Assembly (NCBI GenBank): GCA_040771865.1
Contig: JAXGZF010000005.1
Span: 372,001-430,132 of the forward strand
Length of the DNA: 58,132 bases
DNA from: Desulfobacterales bacterium
GTDB lineage: Bacteria; Desulfobacterota; Desulfobacteria; Desulfobacterales; UBA2245
Direction: 5' to 3'
Shown here: one piece after another, positions 42,737-52,519 of the stretch
Position numbering within the stretch: position 1 is the stretch's first letter
Layout of the letters: every line of letters starts with the position of its first letter
Notes under the pieces: generated by a model
The model's input: the letters and a program-made list of their open reading frames with translations, nothing else
Database searches by the model: none
Told to the model about the DNA's origin: nothing
Program-made: the position numbers and the translations under genes

Positions 42737-42778
42737 TTAATACTTGTAGGTGTATGCGATGTGGTGCCTGATCTGCAT
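42737..42778 (-). CDS. Putative Tyr-rich leader peptide MQIRHHIAYTYKY
   Basis: ATG CAG ATC AGG CAC CAC ATC GCA TAC ACC TAC AAG TAT TAA in the dctP leader, followed at once by a GC hairpin. Confidence 0.55.
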   Translation of the reverse strand: MQIRHHIAYTYKY

Positions 42779-42825
42779 GGTTCTCTGCTTATGCGCAATC
42801 CATATTGCTTTCAATCATTCGTTTC

Positions 42826-42854
42826 CCTTTAGGAAGTTTTCCGGAATCTGTCAA
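42826..42854 (-). promoter_or_regulatory. Sigma-70-type promoter of the TRAP operon leader
   Basis: TTGACA-N17-TAAAGG. Confidence 0.5.
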
Positions 42855-42920
42855 GACAAAATCACCACCATCACGACGGCTTCCGTAAAAGGCCAGCCGG
42901 GGATTGCGCGACGCATCCCG

Positions 42921-43841
42921 TCACCGGGGCCCGGAAAGCGCTTTCAGTCTGAACTTCAGCGAGTTGAGGGTGTTTCTCATCAGCATGGCGATGGTCATGG
43001 GTCCCACGCCGCCGGGTACGGGCGTAATAAAGCCCGCAATCTTACGGGCCTCTTCAAAATCCACATCTCCGCGCAGCATCGCTACCTTCCGGCCGGTTTT
43101 CTCGCTGATCTTTTCTCCGACCCGGTTGACGCCCACGTCGATCACGCAGGCGCCCGGCTTGATCCAGTCCGGCCTGACCAGACCGGGCATACCGGCGGCA
43201 ACGATCAGAATGTCCGCTCTGCGGCAGTGGGCCTCTGGGTTCCGGGTGCCGGTATGAACCACGGTGACCGTGGCGTTGGCGCCGTCCGCTTTTTGAAGCA
43301 TCATGTTGGCGATGGGTTTGCCCACGATATTGGAGCGCCCGACCACCACGACTTCGGCGCCGTCGGTAGAAATTCCGGCCCGGCGGATCATCTCCTGAAT
43401 GCCGGCGGGCGTGCAGGGCAAAAATTTCACGTGAGAACCGCCGATGAGCAGCCGCCCCAGGTTGACCGGATGAAAGCCGTCCACGTCCTTGTCCGGATCA
43501 ATGGCGTTGATGATCGCATCCGCATCGATGTGGCCGGGAAGCGGGAGCTGAACCAGAATGCCGTGAATGCTTTCGTCCCGGTTGTAGCTTTCGATGATCG
43601 CCAGCAGATCCCTCTGGCTGATGGTTGCCGGCTGGTTGTCCTGGACCTCCTTGAACCCGACCTGCCTGGCTGTTCGAATTTTCAAGGATACATAGGAAAG
43701 CGATGCGGGGTTGTCTCCCGCCAGAATCGTCGCCAGGCCCGGAACGATGCCGTGTTTCTCCTGGATTGCCCGAACCTCCGAGGCGATTTCATCGATGATC
43801 TCTTTTGAAATTTCCGTGCCGCTGAGTATTCTTGCCGACAT
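42921..43841 (-). CDS. folD: Methylenetetrahydrofolate dehydrogenase/cyclohydrolase
   Basis: GILVQLPLP, KDVDGFHP, PCTPAG, GRSNIVGKP, PVPGGVGPMT; start MSARIL after AAGGAG. Confidence 0.97.
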   Translation of the reverse strand: MSARILSGTEISKEIIDEIASEVRAIQEKHGIVPGLATILAGDNPASLSYVSLKIRTARQVGFKEVQDNQPATISQRDLLAIIESYNRDESIHGILVQLPLPGHIDADAIINAIDPDKDVDGFHPVNLGRLLIGGSHVKFLPCTPAGIQEMIRRAGISTDGAEVVVVGRSNIVGKPIANMMLQKADGANATVTVVHTGTRNPEAHCRRADILIVAAGMPGLVRPDWIKPGACVIDVGVNRVGEKISEKTGRKVAMLRGDVDFEEARKIAGFITPVPGGVGPMTIAMLMRNTLNSLKFRLKALSGPR

Positions 43842-44087
43842 AACGGTCTCCTTGTGTGCAGAAATTAAAACGGCAGGCGATCGCCGCGTCTGTAACGAAG
43901 TTTGTTTAAGCCAATGTCCGGCTGATGTCAAGCGGGCGCCGGCGGATAGCATGCCGCCATATGAAAGCGCCCGGAAATGCCGCGCCGGTTTTTCCTTCTT
44001 GCTTAAGTTCAGCTCTTTTGCTAATAAAAACAAACCCGTGCATCATTTCCGGGTCCGAAGTTCAGCTCCCGGATCGGATCAAGACAT

Positions 44088-45503
44088 ATGAACGCATCGG
44101 ATAGCTATCGAAACAGGCTGATTGAAGCCAACCGGCGGGAATACGCCACAGATTACGAGGACCTGCGATGGCTTTCAATCGATGAGGCCCTTGCCGCAGA
44201 GAAACGTCGCGCCGGCATTCTTTCCGATCTGCAGGGGAGGGTGAAATTCGGCTGCCGGGACACCAAGCTCGATTGCGCCCGGCTGTCTTCGGGGTGCGAA
44301 ATCTGCGGACAGGGCCTGTGGTCCTGTCTGTTTATCAACGGCAAATGCAACTGCCGCTGTTTCTACTGCCCCACGGAACAAAGCGGGGTCGACGTTCCCA
44401 CCACTCAGACCGTGCAGTTTTCCAAGCCTTCGGACTATGCGGACTATATCGAAAAATTCCGGTTCAGGGGCGTGAGCATCAGCGGCGGAGAGCCCCTGCT
44501 GACCTTTGAGCGGAGCCTGAGCTATCTGGCCGCCGTCAAGAAAAAATTCGGCGCCGGCATCTACGCCTGGCTGTACACCAACGGAACCCTGGCAACACGG
44601 GACATGCTTTCAAGGCTTCGGGATGCGGGCCTGGACGAAATCCGGTTCGATATCGGCGCCGTGCAGTACTGCCTGGAAAAAGCCGCATCCGCCGTGGGGA
44701 TCATTCCCCGTGTGGCCGTCGAGATTCCGGCCGTTCCGGAAGATTCTGAGCTCATGAAGGCGAAGATCGTGGAAATGGCAAACGCCGGAATCGATTTTCT
44801 GAATCTGCACCAGCTTCGGCTCACGCCGCACAATTTCAACCAGGTGGTTCGAAGAAACTACACCTTTCTGCACGGGGAAAAGGTTACGGTGCTCGAATCC
44901 GAACTGGCGGCCCTGGAGCTGATCCGGTTTGCGAGGGGCAGACGAATCGATCTTCCGGTCAATTACTGCTCCTTTGTCTACAAGGACCGGTTCCAGAAGG
45001 CGGGGGCTCGAAGGCGAAGCGCGGCCTGGACGAAGAAGAGCCACGAAGACGTCACGGAAAACGGATATATCCGCGCCCTTTGCCTGAAGGGCGACCCGAA
45101 TGCGCTTCAGATGCAGGCGTCCCGTTTTCAGGCGGCCGGTTGTGATAAAACGCTCTGGTCTGTTTCCGGCGACCGGCTTTACTTCAGCGCCCGCCTGTGG
45201 CATCTGGTGGATTTTAACGGTTTAGAAGTTCGGGTTTCTTATTTTGAAGCCAGAATTCTGCCTTCCATGACCTATCGGAACTTTTTCGTTCCGGTCTCCC
45301 TGAACCGGGAAAAGCAGGTCGTGGTTGAAAAGATGCGGGCGAGCCGGGAGCTGACGCTTTCCGGCGAAGATCGGATCTTCTTTGAAACGCAATTTGTTCA
45401 CGATGAACGGAAAACCGGCATGGATCAGATCGACAACAGTTCGAACGGGTCCGAAATTCAAAGTTTCGAGTCCGTTGTTTCCGGATTGCAGGCATATTTC
45501 TGA
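44088..45503 (+). CDS. Uncharacterised radical SAM protein
   Basis: CxxxCxxC (CNCRCFYC), SGGEP, YTNG, LDEIRF; extra N-terminal SSGCEICG. Confidence 0.88.
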   Translation: MNASDSYRNRLIEANRREYATDYEDLRWLSIDEALAAEKRRAGILSDLQGRVKFGCRDTKLDCARLSSGCEICGQGLWSCLFINGKCNCRCFYCPTEQSGVDVPTTQTVQFSKPSDYADYIEKFRFRGVSISGGEPLLTFERSLSYLAAVKKKFGAGIYAWLYTNGTLATRDMLSRLRDAGLDEIRFDIGAVQYCLEKAASAVGIIPRVAVEIPAVPEDSELMKAKIVEMANAGIDFLNLHQLRLTPHNFNQVVRRNYTFLHGEKVTVLESELAALELIRFARGRRIDLPVNYCSFVYKDRFQKAGARRRSAAWTKKSHEDVTENGYIRALCLKGDPNALQMQASRFQAAGCDKTLWSVSGDRLYFSARLWHLVDFNGLEVRVSYFEARILPSMTYRNFFVPVSLNREKQVVVEKMRASRELTLSGEDRIFFETQFVHDERKTGMDQIDNSSNGSEIQSFESVVSGLQAYF

Positions 45504-45607
45504 CTCCAGCCCATGACGGAATTCAGGGACATCGCCGATGGCGGGGTCCTGCCGGAAAAACCCTTCCTTCGCTCCGAACCCGGCGGACGGAGGACAGACC
45601 AAGGGGG

Positions 45608-46027
45608 TCATTCAGGGGGCGGGGGTATACGGTTTTTGCCGCCGTGCGTGTTTTTCCACGCCTTTCTTCGTTCTTCGAGCTCCAGCCGAAGCGCATCGAG
45701 CTTTTCGCGCTGTTCAGGGCTCAGAATCCGTGCCATCTGCGCAAAGCTTCCGTCGATAAAGCCCTTCATTTCCGCTTCATGCTTTTCAAAGCTTTTTCCG
45801 ACCTTCTGCTCGGTTTCGTTGATAATGCTTAGAAATACGGATCGTTGCGCATCCGTGAGCCCGAGTCTTCGGTCGAGCCGTTCCAGGATGGAGGCTTTTC
45901 GACTTTCGGGGTTTTCTCTGAACCGGTCCAGCCGGTTCCGCAGATACATGCCGGTTCCCCAGGAGCCGACGACCAGTCCCAGAATGAATACCAGCAGGAT
46001 TCCCGCGATCAAACGCCATTTTTTCAT
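45608..46027 (-). CDS. Spy/CpxP-like or periplasmic metal-sensor helical protein
   Basis: N-terminal TM/signal segment; LGLTDAQ and ILSPEQ (LTxxQ-like) motifs. Confidence 0.7.
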   Translation of the reverse strand: MKKWRLIAGILLVFILGLVVGSWGTGMYLRNRLDRFRENPESRKASILERLDRRLGLTDAQRSVFLSIINETEQKVGKSFEKHEAEMKGFIDGSFAQMARILSPEQREKLDALRLELEERRKAWKNTHGGKNRIPPPPE

Positions 46028-46036
46028 AAGAACGCC

Positions 46037-46342
46037 TCAGATCGTCCAATACCGGGCGATGCCGTCCTGGTTGAATCCGTTGAAAAGACAGTGAACCATT
46101 TCCGAATCCGGTATCAGATCCATGCTGAACAGGGCAAGGGTGAAAAGAACAACCAGCGCGGCGGCGGCCGGCGCGAATTTCCAGACCAGCGCTTCAAACG
46201 CGGCCAGGTGGTTTGAGCCTCGGAAATGCGGCAGGCGCCGGATGGCCCGCATCGTGTTCTGTTCCCACCGATCGCCGACAGGAAGTTTTTCCTTTTCAAG
46301 ATAGGCTTTTCGCAGCAGCGCTTTCAGCGCATCGTTTTTCAT
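46037..46342 (-). CDS. Putative anti-sigma factor (single TM)
   Basis: Start overlaps the ECF stop (ATGA); short cytoplasmic domain followed by a TM helix. Confidence 0.7.
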   Translation of the reverse strand: MKNDALKALLRKAYLEKEKLPVGDRWEQNTMRAIRRLPHFRGSNHLAAFEALVWKFAPAAAALVVLFTLALFSMDLIPDSEMVHCLFNGFNQDGIARYWTI

Positions 46343-46935
46343 GACAGCCTCCCTGGTTTGGATAACAGCGAGTGGAGTTTTTTTCTGGATCTGAAGGCCC
46401 GAACCTTGACGTTGACGATGGACCATCCCAGCAATTCGGCCGCTTCCCTGCAAGACAGGCCTTCCAGATAAACGAGTTCGAGCGCCATCCGGTCTTTCGG
46501 TCCGAGATGATTCAAGGCTTGGTCCAGCATTTCCCGGACTTCCCGACGCGCATTGTCTTCGATCCAGTCCTGATTCGATTGGCTGGACAGGATCTGATCC
46601 AGCCGGTTGCATTGTTCGGTGGAAAAATTCGAGATCGATATTTCTCTGGACCGGTATTTCTTACGCCAGAAATCGCAGCAGGTTTTCACGGCAATGGAAC
46701 TCAGCCAGTGTTTGAACCGGTCCTGTTTTTCAAGCGCCGGCAGCGATTGATAGGCGCGGATAAATACCTCCTGGGCGATTTCTTCAACCTCGTCGTACGG
46801 CGCATGTTTCCGGACGATGCCAAGAACATGATGCCGGTGCCGGGTCAGCAGGATCGCAAAAGCCTCCGTGTCGCCATCCAACACCTGCTGCACGATGAGG
46901 GCGTCCGCCGCCGCAGTCAGATCCATAAGATCCAT
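46339..46935 (-). CDS. ECF (group 4) RNA polymerase sigma factor
   Basis: GDTEAF, EEIAQEVFIRAY, FKHWLSSIA, region 4 GLSCREAAELLGWSIVNVKVRAFR. Confidence 0.93.
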   Translation of the reverse strand: MDLMDLTAAADALIVQQVLDGDTEAFAILLTRHRHHVLGIVRKHAPYDEVEEIAQEVFIRAYQSLPALEKQDRFKHWLSSIAVKTCCDFWRKKYRSREISISNFSTEQCNRLDQILSSQSNQDWIEDNARREVREMLDQALNHLGPKDRMALELVYLEGLSCREAAELLGWSIVNVKVRAFRSRKKLHSLLSKPGRLS

Positions 46936-46972
46936 TCAGAACAGAGCCGTCGCCAAAGTGATTGTATTTTTG

Positions 46973-47296
46973 TCAGCGCCGCCTTTCGCGCGGCAGCCCT
47001 GCATTCTCAAATTCGTCCAATTTCAGAACGCCGTCCGTGTTTTGGCCCGGACGTTTGAACATATCATCGGGCGTCCGCCTGAAAGGAGAAAACTTTTTGA
47101 ACGCTTCCAGGCTGATTTTCCCGTCTTCATCCGTATCGAACCGGTCGAAGGCCGGCCTGCCCAATCGATCCGAACCATGAAACTCATTCGAGCAACCGGG
47201 CGGCAATCATGTGCAAAGACCCATAATCATTATAAATACCGATAGCCCGGTAATCATTGCACATACCGCTATGGATGTCATCAGGTTTTTCATCAT
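46973..47296 (-). pseudogene. Secreted EF-hand protein interrupted by an in-frame TGA (47207-47209)
   Basis: MMKNLMTSIAVCAMITGLSVFIMIMGLCT*LPPGC...FDRFDTDEDGKISLEAF...MFKRPGQNTDGVLKLDEF in a single frame. Confidence 0.6.
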
Positions 47297-47359
47297 TGTC
47301 GTTCGCGCCTTTCTTCGGTGCGTCGGGTTGTCGGCGGCCGTGGCATTATTCTGAAAACT

Positions 47360-47389
47360 TTGTCGGGGAAACGAATCAAAAGGTTACAG
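47360..47389 (-). promoter_or_regulatory. ECF-type promoter for the EF-hand/ECF operon
   Basis: Minus strand CTGTAACCTT-N14-CGACAA. Confidence 0.75.
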
Positions 47390-47485
47390 GTTGGAATCGA
47401 TCCAAAAAGAAAACCGACTTTGCATCAAAAAACTTCAGAATAATCGAATTTCCCGGACTGTGGATGGCCTGCATTCAAATTGATT

Positions 47486-47515
47486 CTGTAACCTTGTGCA
47501 CATGAAATGCGACAA
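47486..47515 (+). promoter_or_regulatory. ECF-type promoter for the efflux operon
   Basis: CTGTAACCTT-N14-CGACAA, same boxes and spacing as the divergent copy. Confidence 0.75.
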
Positions 47516-47650
47516 CAACAAAAGCCGTTGATGCCGAAACGGTTGCGGCGTATTCATGAAACAGGGCGATTCGTCCTTGACGAACCTTCGGCGCATGCTA
47601 TTGTGTGGTTGTTCAAAAAGTCCTGTAAAGCAGAGGGGTTTGGAGTTTAA

Positions 47651-48943
47651 ATGAATTCTCTTTCTTCGAAAGATTCAGACCCGATTGCCGATAAAATCGG
47701 AATCCGCAAGTCCGCATTCGGCCGGAAAAGAATCCTCATCTGGAGCGCGGTTGCCGTCCTGCTGCTTGTTGCCCTTGTCCTTGTCAGACATTATGGTTTT
47801 CAAAGCCGGTCGCCGGTCCGGTATCAAACCGCTTCGGCAAAACAGGGCCGTCTGGCGGTGACGGTGACGGCAACCGGCACCATTCAGCCCGTCAACAAGG
47901 TGGAAGTGGGCACGGAGGTGTCGGGCACGGTCAAGACCGTGATGGTCGATTTCAACGATACGGTGAAAACCGGGCAGGTGCTGGCCCTGCTGGACGCTTC
48001 CAAGCTCGAGGCTCAGGTGCTTCAGTCCAAGGCGTCTCTGGAGTCCGCACGGGCCGAACTGCTTCAATCCCAGGCCTCTGTTTTCGAGGCCCGCAGCGAG
48101 CTTGACCGTCTGAATCATGCCCGGGAACTCAGCGGCGGCAGGCTGCCCTCGCTTCTCGAACTGGATTCGGCTCAGGCGGCCCTTCAGAAAGCGCTGGCCG
48201 ACGAGGCCGCCGCTCAGGCCGGGATTACCCAGGCCGAAGCGGTTCTGAACGAATATGAGTCGGATGTGAAAAAAACCGTTATCCGTTCTCCGATTGACGG
48301 GATCATTCTGGAGCGCAAGGTTGAACCCGGCCAGACCGTGGCGGCATCGTTCGAAACTCCGGTTCTCTTTACCCTGGCCGAGGATCTTTCCCGAATGGAA
48401 CTTCACGTGAATGTGGATGAGGCCGATATCGGACAGATTCGGGAAGGGCAGGAGGCGGATTTTTCCGTGGATGCCTATCCGGACCGGTATTTCAAAGCGC
48501 GGATTGTGCAGGTACGGTATGCTTCCAGTACGGAAAGCGGCGTGGTGTCTTATGAAACCGTCCTGTCGGTCGAGAACCCGGACATGCTGCTGCTGCCCGG
48601 AATGACGGCAACGGCGGACATCATGGTTCAGAACCTTGCCGACGCTCTGCTGGTTCCCAACGCCGCGCTGCGGTTTTCGCCCGCGGAACCCGAGGAAGCA
48701 AAGATCGAAGAAAGCCGCGGATTTCTGTCCAGACTCATGCCCAGACCGCGCCGGACCCAGCCAAAGGACAAAAGCGCCGGTTTGCCGGGTGACTCAAACA
48801 TGCGCCGCGTCTGGATTCTGAAGGACAACGCGCCGCTTCCGGTGTCCGTGACCACCGGCGCAACCGACGGCAGCATGACGGAAATACGGTCCGGCGAAAT
48901 TCATGCCGGCGACCTGCTGATCATCGACATGGAGAAATCCTGA
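47651..48943 (+). CDS. MacA-like periplasmic adaptor (membrane fusion protein)
   Basis: TATGTIQP, VGTEVSG, IRSPIDG, GQTVAASF, VDEADIG, LPGMTA. Confidence 0.93.
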   Translation: MNSLSSKDSDPIADKIGIRKSAFGRKRILIWSAVAVLLLVALVLVRHYGFQSRSPVRYQTASAKQGRLAVTVTATGTIQPVNKVEVGTEVSGTVKTVMVDFNDTVKTGQVLALLDASKLEAQVLQSKASLESARAELLQSQASVFEARSELDRLNHARELSGGRLPSLLELDSAQAALQKALADEAAAQAGITQAEAVLNEYESDVKKTVIRSPIDGIILERKVEPGQTVAASFETPVLFTLAEDLSRMELHVNVDEADIGQIREGQEADFSVDAYPDRYFKARIVQVRYASSTESGVVSYETVLSVENPDMLLLPGMTATADIMVQNLADALLVPNAALRFSPAEPEEAKIEESRGFLSRLMPRPRRTQPKDKSAGLPGDSNMRRVWILKDNAPLPVSVTTGATDGSMTEIRSGEIHAGDLLIIDMEKS

Positions 48944-48945
48944 TC

Positions 48946-49665
48946 ATGAATGAACGGCTTTTGCAGGCGGTCGAGCCCGAAGCCGGGGTCCCGCTGATCG
49001 AACTGTCCGGCATCACCAAGACCTATGGCCACGGGCAGTCCGTCCTGCATGCCCTGCGCGATGTCGCCCTGCGCATCGAGGAGGGCGACTTCATGGCGGT
49101 GATGGGGCCCAGCGGTTCGGGAAAATCCACCTGCATGAACATTCTCGGCGGTCTGGACACGCCCACCAGCGGGTCGTACCGGTTCAAGGGCGTTGAGGTC
49201 GGAGGGCTTTCGCGCGATCAGCGGGCCCGGCTTCGTCGTCACTACCTGGGGTTCGTCTTTCAGGGGTTCAACCTGCTCAAGCGCACTTCCGCCCTGGAAA
49301 ACGTGGAACTGCCGCTGATTTACCGGAAACTGCCCGCTGGAACGCGCCGGGAAATGGCACTGAAAGCGCTCGAGTCCGTCGGTTTGAAAGGCTGGGAACG
49401 CCATACCCCCGGAGAGCTTTCCGGCGGGCAGCAGCAGCGCGTCGCCATTGCCCGGGCCATTGTCACGGAACCGGCCGTGCTTCTGGCCGACGAGCCCACC
49501 GGGAATCTGGATTCGGCGCGCAGCCGCGAGATCATGGAACTGCTGTGCGAGTTTAACCGCAACCGGAGCATCACCATCGTCATGGTGACGCACGAGCCGG
49601 ATATGGCCCGGTATGCCGGAAGAATTGTTCGATTCATGGACGGCGTCATTCAAAGTCAGGATTAG
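48946..49665 (+). CDS. ABC transporter ATP-binding protein (MacB/LolD-like)
   Basis: [32 protein letters not shown]. Confidence 0.95.
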   Translation: MNERLLQAVEPEAGVPLIELSGITKTYGHGQSVLHALRDVALRIEEGDFMAVMGPSGSGKSTCMNILGGLDTPTSGSYRFKGVEVGGLSRDQRARLRRHYLGFVFQGFNLLKRTSALENVELPLIYRKLPAGTRREMALKALESVGLKGWERHTPGELSGGQQQRVAIARAIVTEPAVLLADEPTGNLDSARSREIMELLCEFNRNRSITIVMVTHEPDMARYAGRIVRFMDGVIQSQD

Positions 49666-49679
49666 ATCAAGGACGCATT

Positions 49680-50888
49680 ATGGTCTGGAATTCGTTGGTG
49701 CTGGCGCTGCGGGAAATCCGGCGCAATGCAATGCGATCCCTGCTGACGATGCTGGGCATCGTGATCGGCGTGGCCGCGGTCATTGCCATGGTCACCATCG
49801 GCGGCGGCGCCACGGCCCAGGTCTCGGCCGATATCGAAAAGCTGGGAAGCAATCTGCTGGTGATCCGGATCGGGCAGCACCGCGGTCCAGGCGGCAGTTC
49901 GGCCAGCGCGAGCCCTTTTGACGCAAAGGACGTTCAGGCCATTTCCCGTCAAATCCCCAATCTGGCCGCAATCGCCCCGTCGGCATCCAGCTCCGGCACG
50001 GTCGTATTCGGAAATCAGAACTGGTCCACCACGGTGACGGGGACGGACAACGGTTTTTTCAGGGTTCGGGACTGGCCCCTGGAAACCGGGCGGCAATTCA
50101 CGGAAAACGAGCTCAGATCCGGCAAGGCGGTCTGCATTCTGGGAGCCACGGTGCGAAAGAAGTTTTTCGGAACCCAGGATCCCACGGGAAGCAAGATGAG
50201 AATCGAAAAGATTCCGTGTCAGGTTATCGGCGTGCTGTCGTCCAAAGGGCAATCCGGGTTCGGCACCGATCAGGACGACCTGGCGCTGATTCCGCTGCGG
50301 ACCTTTCAGCGGCGCATCGCCGGCAATCAGGACATCGGCATTATTCAGGTTTCGGTGGAAAAAGGCGCCTCCACCGAGAAGGCCGCCGGCGATATCGCCG
50401 GACTTCTGCGGGAGCGGCGCCGCATTCCGGCCACGCAGGATGATGATTTTCACATCGCCGACATGAAGGAAATCGCTGAAACCCTTACCGGAACCACCCG
50501 CGTGCTGACCGCGCTTCTGGGCGCCGTCGCCGCGGTCAGCCTTCTGGTCGGCGGCATCGGCATCATGAACATCATGCTGGTTTCCGTTACCGAACGCACC
50601 CGTGAGATCGGCATCCGTCTGGCCGTCGGCGCCCTGGAACGGGAGGTGCTGCTGCAGTTCCTGATCGAGGCCGTGGTGCTTTCCTCGATCGGCGGTGTCA
50701 TCGGCATTGCGCTGGCGCTGGTGTCCTCCGCAGTTCTCGTTCGCATTCTGCAGGTCCCCTTTATTCTGAACACGGGCATCATCGCGCTGTCCTTTGTTTT
50801 CTCGGCGGCCGTGGGCGTTGTCTTCGGATATCTTCCCGCCCGGCAGGCCGCGCGGCTGGATCCGATCGAGGCTCTGAGGCACGAATGA
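49680..50888 (+). CDS. MacB-like ABC permease (FtsX family)
   Basis: RSLLTMLGIVIGV, GGIGIMNIMLVSVTERTREIG, PARQAARLDPIEALRHE. Confidence 0.95.
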   Translation: MVWNSLVLALREIRRNAMRSLLTMLGIVIGVAAVIAMVTIGGGATAQVSADIEKLGSNLLVIRIGQHRGPGGSSASASPFDAKDVQAISRQIPNLAAIAPSASSSGTVVFGNQNWSTTVTGTDNGFFRVRDWPLETGRQFTENELRSGKAVCILGATVRKKFFGTQDPTGSKMRIEKIPCQVIGVLSSKGQSGFGTDQDDLALIPLRTFQRRIAGNQDIGIIQVSVEKGASTEKAAGDIAGLLRERRRIPATQDDDFHIADMKEIAETLTGTTRVLTALLGAVAAVSLLVGGIGIMNIMLVSVTERTREIGIRLAVGALEREVLLQFLIEAVVLSSIGGVIGIALALVSSAVLVRILQVPFILNTGIIALSFVFSAAVGVVFGYLPARQAARLDPIEALRHE

Positions 50889-50889
50889 C

Positions 50890-52314
50890 GTGATCCGGAA
50901 AATAATGATAAAATCGTTCTCATGGATCTGCCTGACGGCGTGTCTGCTGTTCTGGGGCTGCGCGGCCGTGGGGCCGGATTACGCGCCTCCGTCACCCGCT
51001 GCGCCGGAAAGGTGGAACAACCAGCCGGATACCGCATCATCTCCCGGTTCCGAATCGGTGCAGTCCTTTGTCCAGTGGTGGACGGTCTTTGATGATCCGG
51101 TTCTGACGGATCTGGTCGAACAGGCGGTTCAAAGCAATACCGATGTTCGAAAGGCCCGCGCACGAGTGCTCGAGGCCCGGGCACGCAGAGGAAAGAGCGC
51201 ATCGGAACAGTATCCCGTTCTCGACGCCTCGGGTTCGGCGACCTACAGCGGCGCCCGACAGTCTTCCGGCGGATGGCGGCATGACGAGTCATACATGCTG
51301 GGTTTCGATGCGGGCTGGGAGCTGGATTTCTTCGGAGGCGTTCGCCGCTCCGTCGAGGCGGCGCAGGCGGATCTGGAGTCGGACCAGGAAGCCCTGAACG
51401 ATGCGTGGGTGAGTCTGTCCGGCGAGGTGGCGCTCAATTACGTGGATGCGAGAACCCTGCAGGCGCGACTTCGCTCCGCCGAAGCCGGTCTGCGGATTGC
51501 GCAGGAGCTTTACGATCTGGCCATGATTCGATACCGGGCAGGGCTTGCAAGCGATCTGGACGTGCAGCAGGGCAGGGCGTATCTGGAAGATGTCCGGTCC
51601 GGCATTCCCTTGCTGCGAAGCGATATCGAGGCGGCCGAAAACCGGCTGGCCGTCCTGCTGGGCGCTTATCCCGGAGCGGTGCGCGAAAAACTGGTCGAGT
51701 CTCAGCCCATACCTGCCGGCCCTCACGAAATCGTCTTGAAGGCGCCGGCCGAGGTGCTGCGAAACCGGCCCGATGTGCGCCGCGCCGAGCGGACCCTGGC
51801 CGCGGAAACGGCGCGAATCGGCGTTGCCGAGTCCCGGCTTTACCCGCGGTTTTCGCTTTTCGGTTCTCTCGGGCTGGACGCGCCGAACCTGTCGACGAGC
51901 GCGAATCGATATTACAGCTTCGGGCCGCAGTTTTCCTGGAATGTTTTCGATGCGGGCGCCATTCGCCGGGACATCGAGGTTCAGGACGCCGTCCGTCTTC
52001 AGGCGCTGATCGAATACGAATCCGTGATGCTGGCCGCCCTGGAAGAGGTGGAAAATGCCCTGAAGGCCCTTGCCGAGGAGCGGGCGCGGCTGCAGGCACT
52101 GGAGGCGGCGGCGGATGCCTTCGAACAGTCCCTGGCCCTGGCCCGGAACCGGTATTTTGCCGGATTGATCGATTACCGGGATGTTCTCGATATCCGCAGG
52201 TCCCTGCTCTCGTATCAGGATCAGGCGGCGATCAGCCGGGGCGCGGCGGCCTCCAATCTGATCCGTCTTTACAAGGCTCTTGGCGGAGAATGCCCCGATT
52301 CGGCGTCCCCATAG
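50890..52314 (+). CDS. Outer-membrane efflux lipoprotein (TolC/NodT family)
   Basis: Lipobox FWGC, VGPDY, WELDFFG, RPDVRRAE, LYKALGG. Confidence 0.93.
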   Translation: MIRKIMIKSFSWICLTACLLFWGCAAVGPDYAPPSPAAPERWNNQPDTASSPGSESVQSFVQWWTVFDDPVLTDLVEQAVQSNTDVRKARARVLEARARRGKSASEQYPVLDASGSATYSGARQSSGGWRHDESYMLGFDAGWELDFFGGVRRSVEAAQADLESDQEALNDAWVSLSGEVALNYVDARTLQARLRSAEAGLRIAQELYDLAMIRYRAGLASDLDVQQGRAYLEDVRSGIPLLRSDIEAAENRLAVLLGAYPGAVREKLVESQPIPAGPHEIVLKAPAEVLRNRPDVRRAERTLAAETARIGVAESRLYPRFSLFGSLGLDAPNLSTSANRYYSFGPQFSWNVFDAGAIRRDIEVQDAVRLQALIEYESVMLAALEEVENALKALAEERARLQALEAAADAFEQSLALARNRYFAGLIDYRDVLDIRRSLLSYQDQAAISRGAAASNLIRLYKALGGECPDSASP

Positions 52315-52519
52315 GTCTTGCAACGTTTGCGATTCTTGTCAAAGCGGGTTATGCCGCGTTCGAAGAGACCGGCCGGGTTTCTCGAATTCTTCTATTGACC
52401 CTTTGCCCAAAAAAAATTATCAGCAGAAGGATTCGCCGCGGGGTTTTGAATCCGGCGGTCGAACCTGAATTGAGCGCGAGTGTTTTTCGGCGCGGAACAT
52501 TGTGAACAGGAGGAAACGG

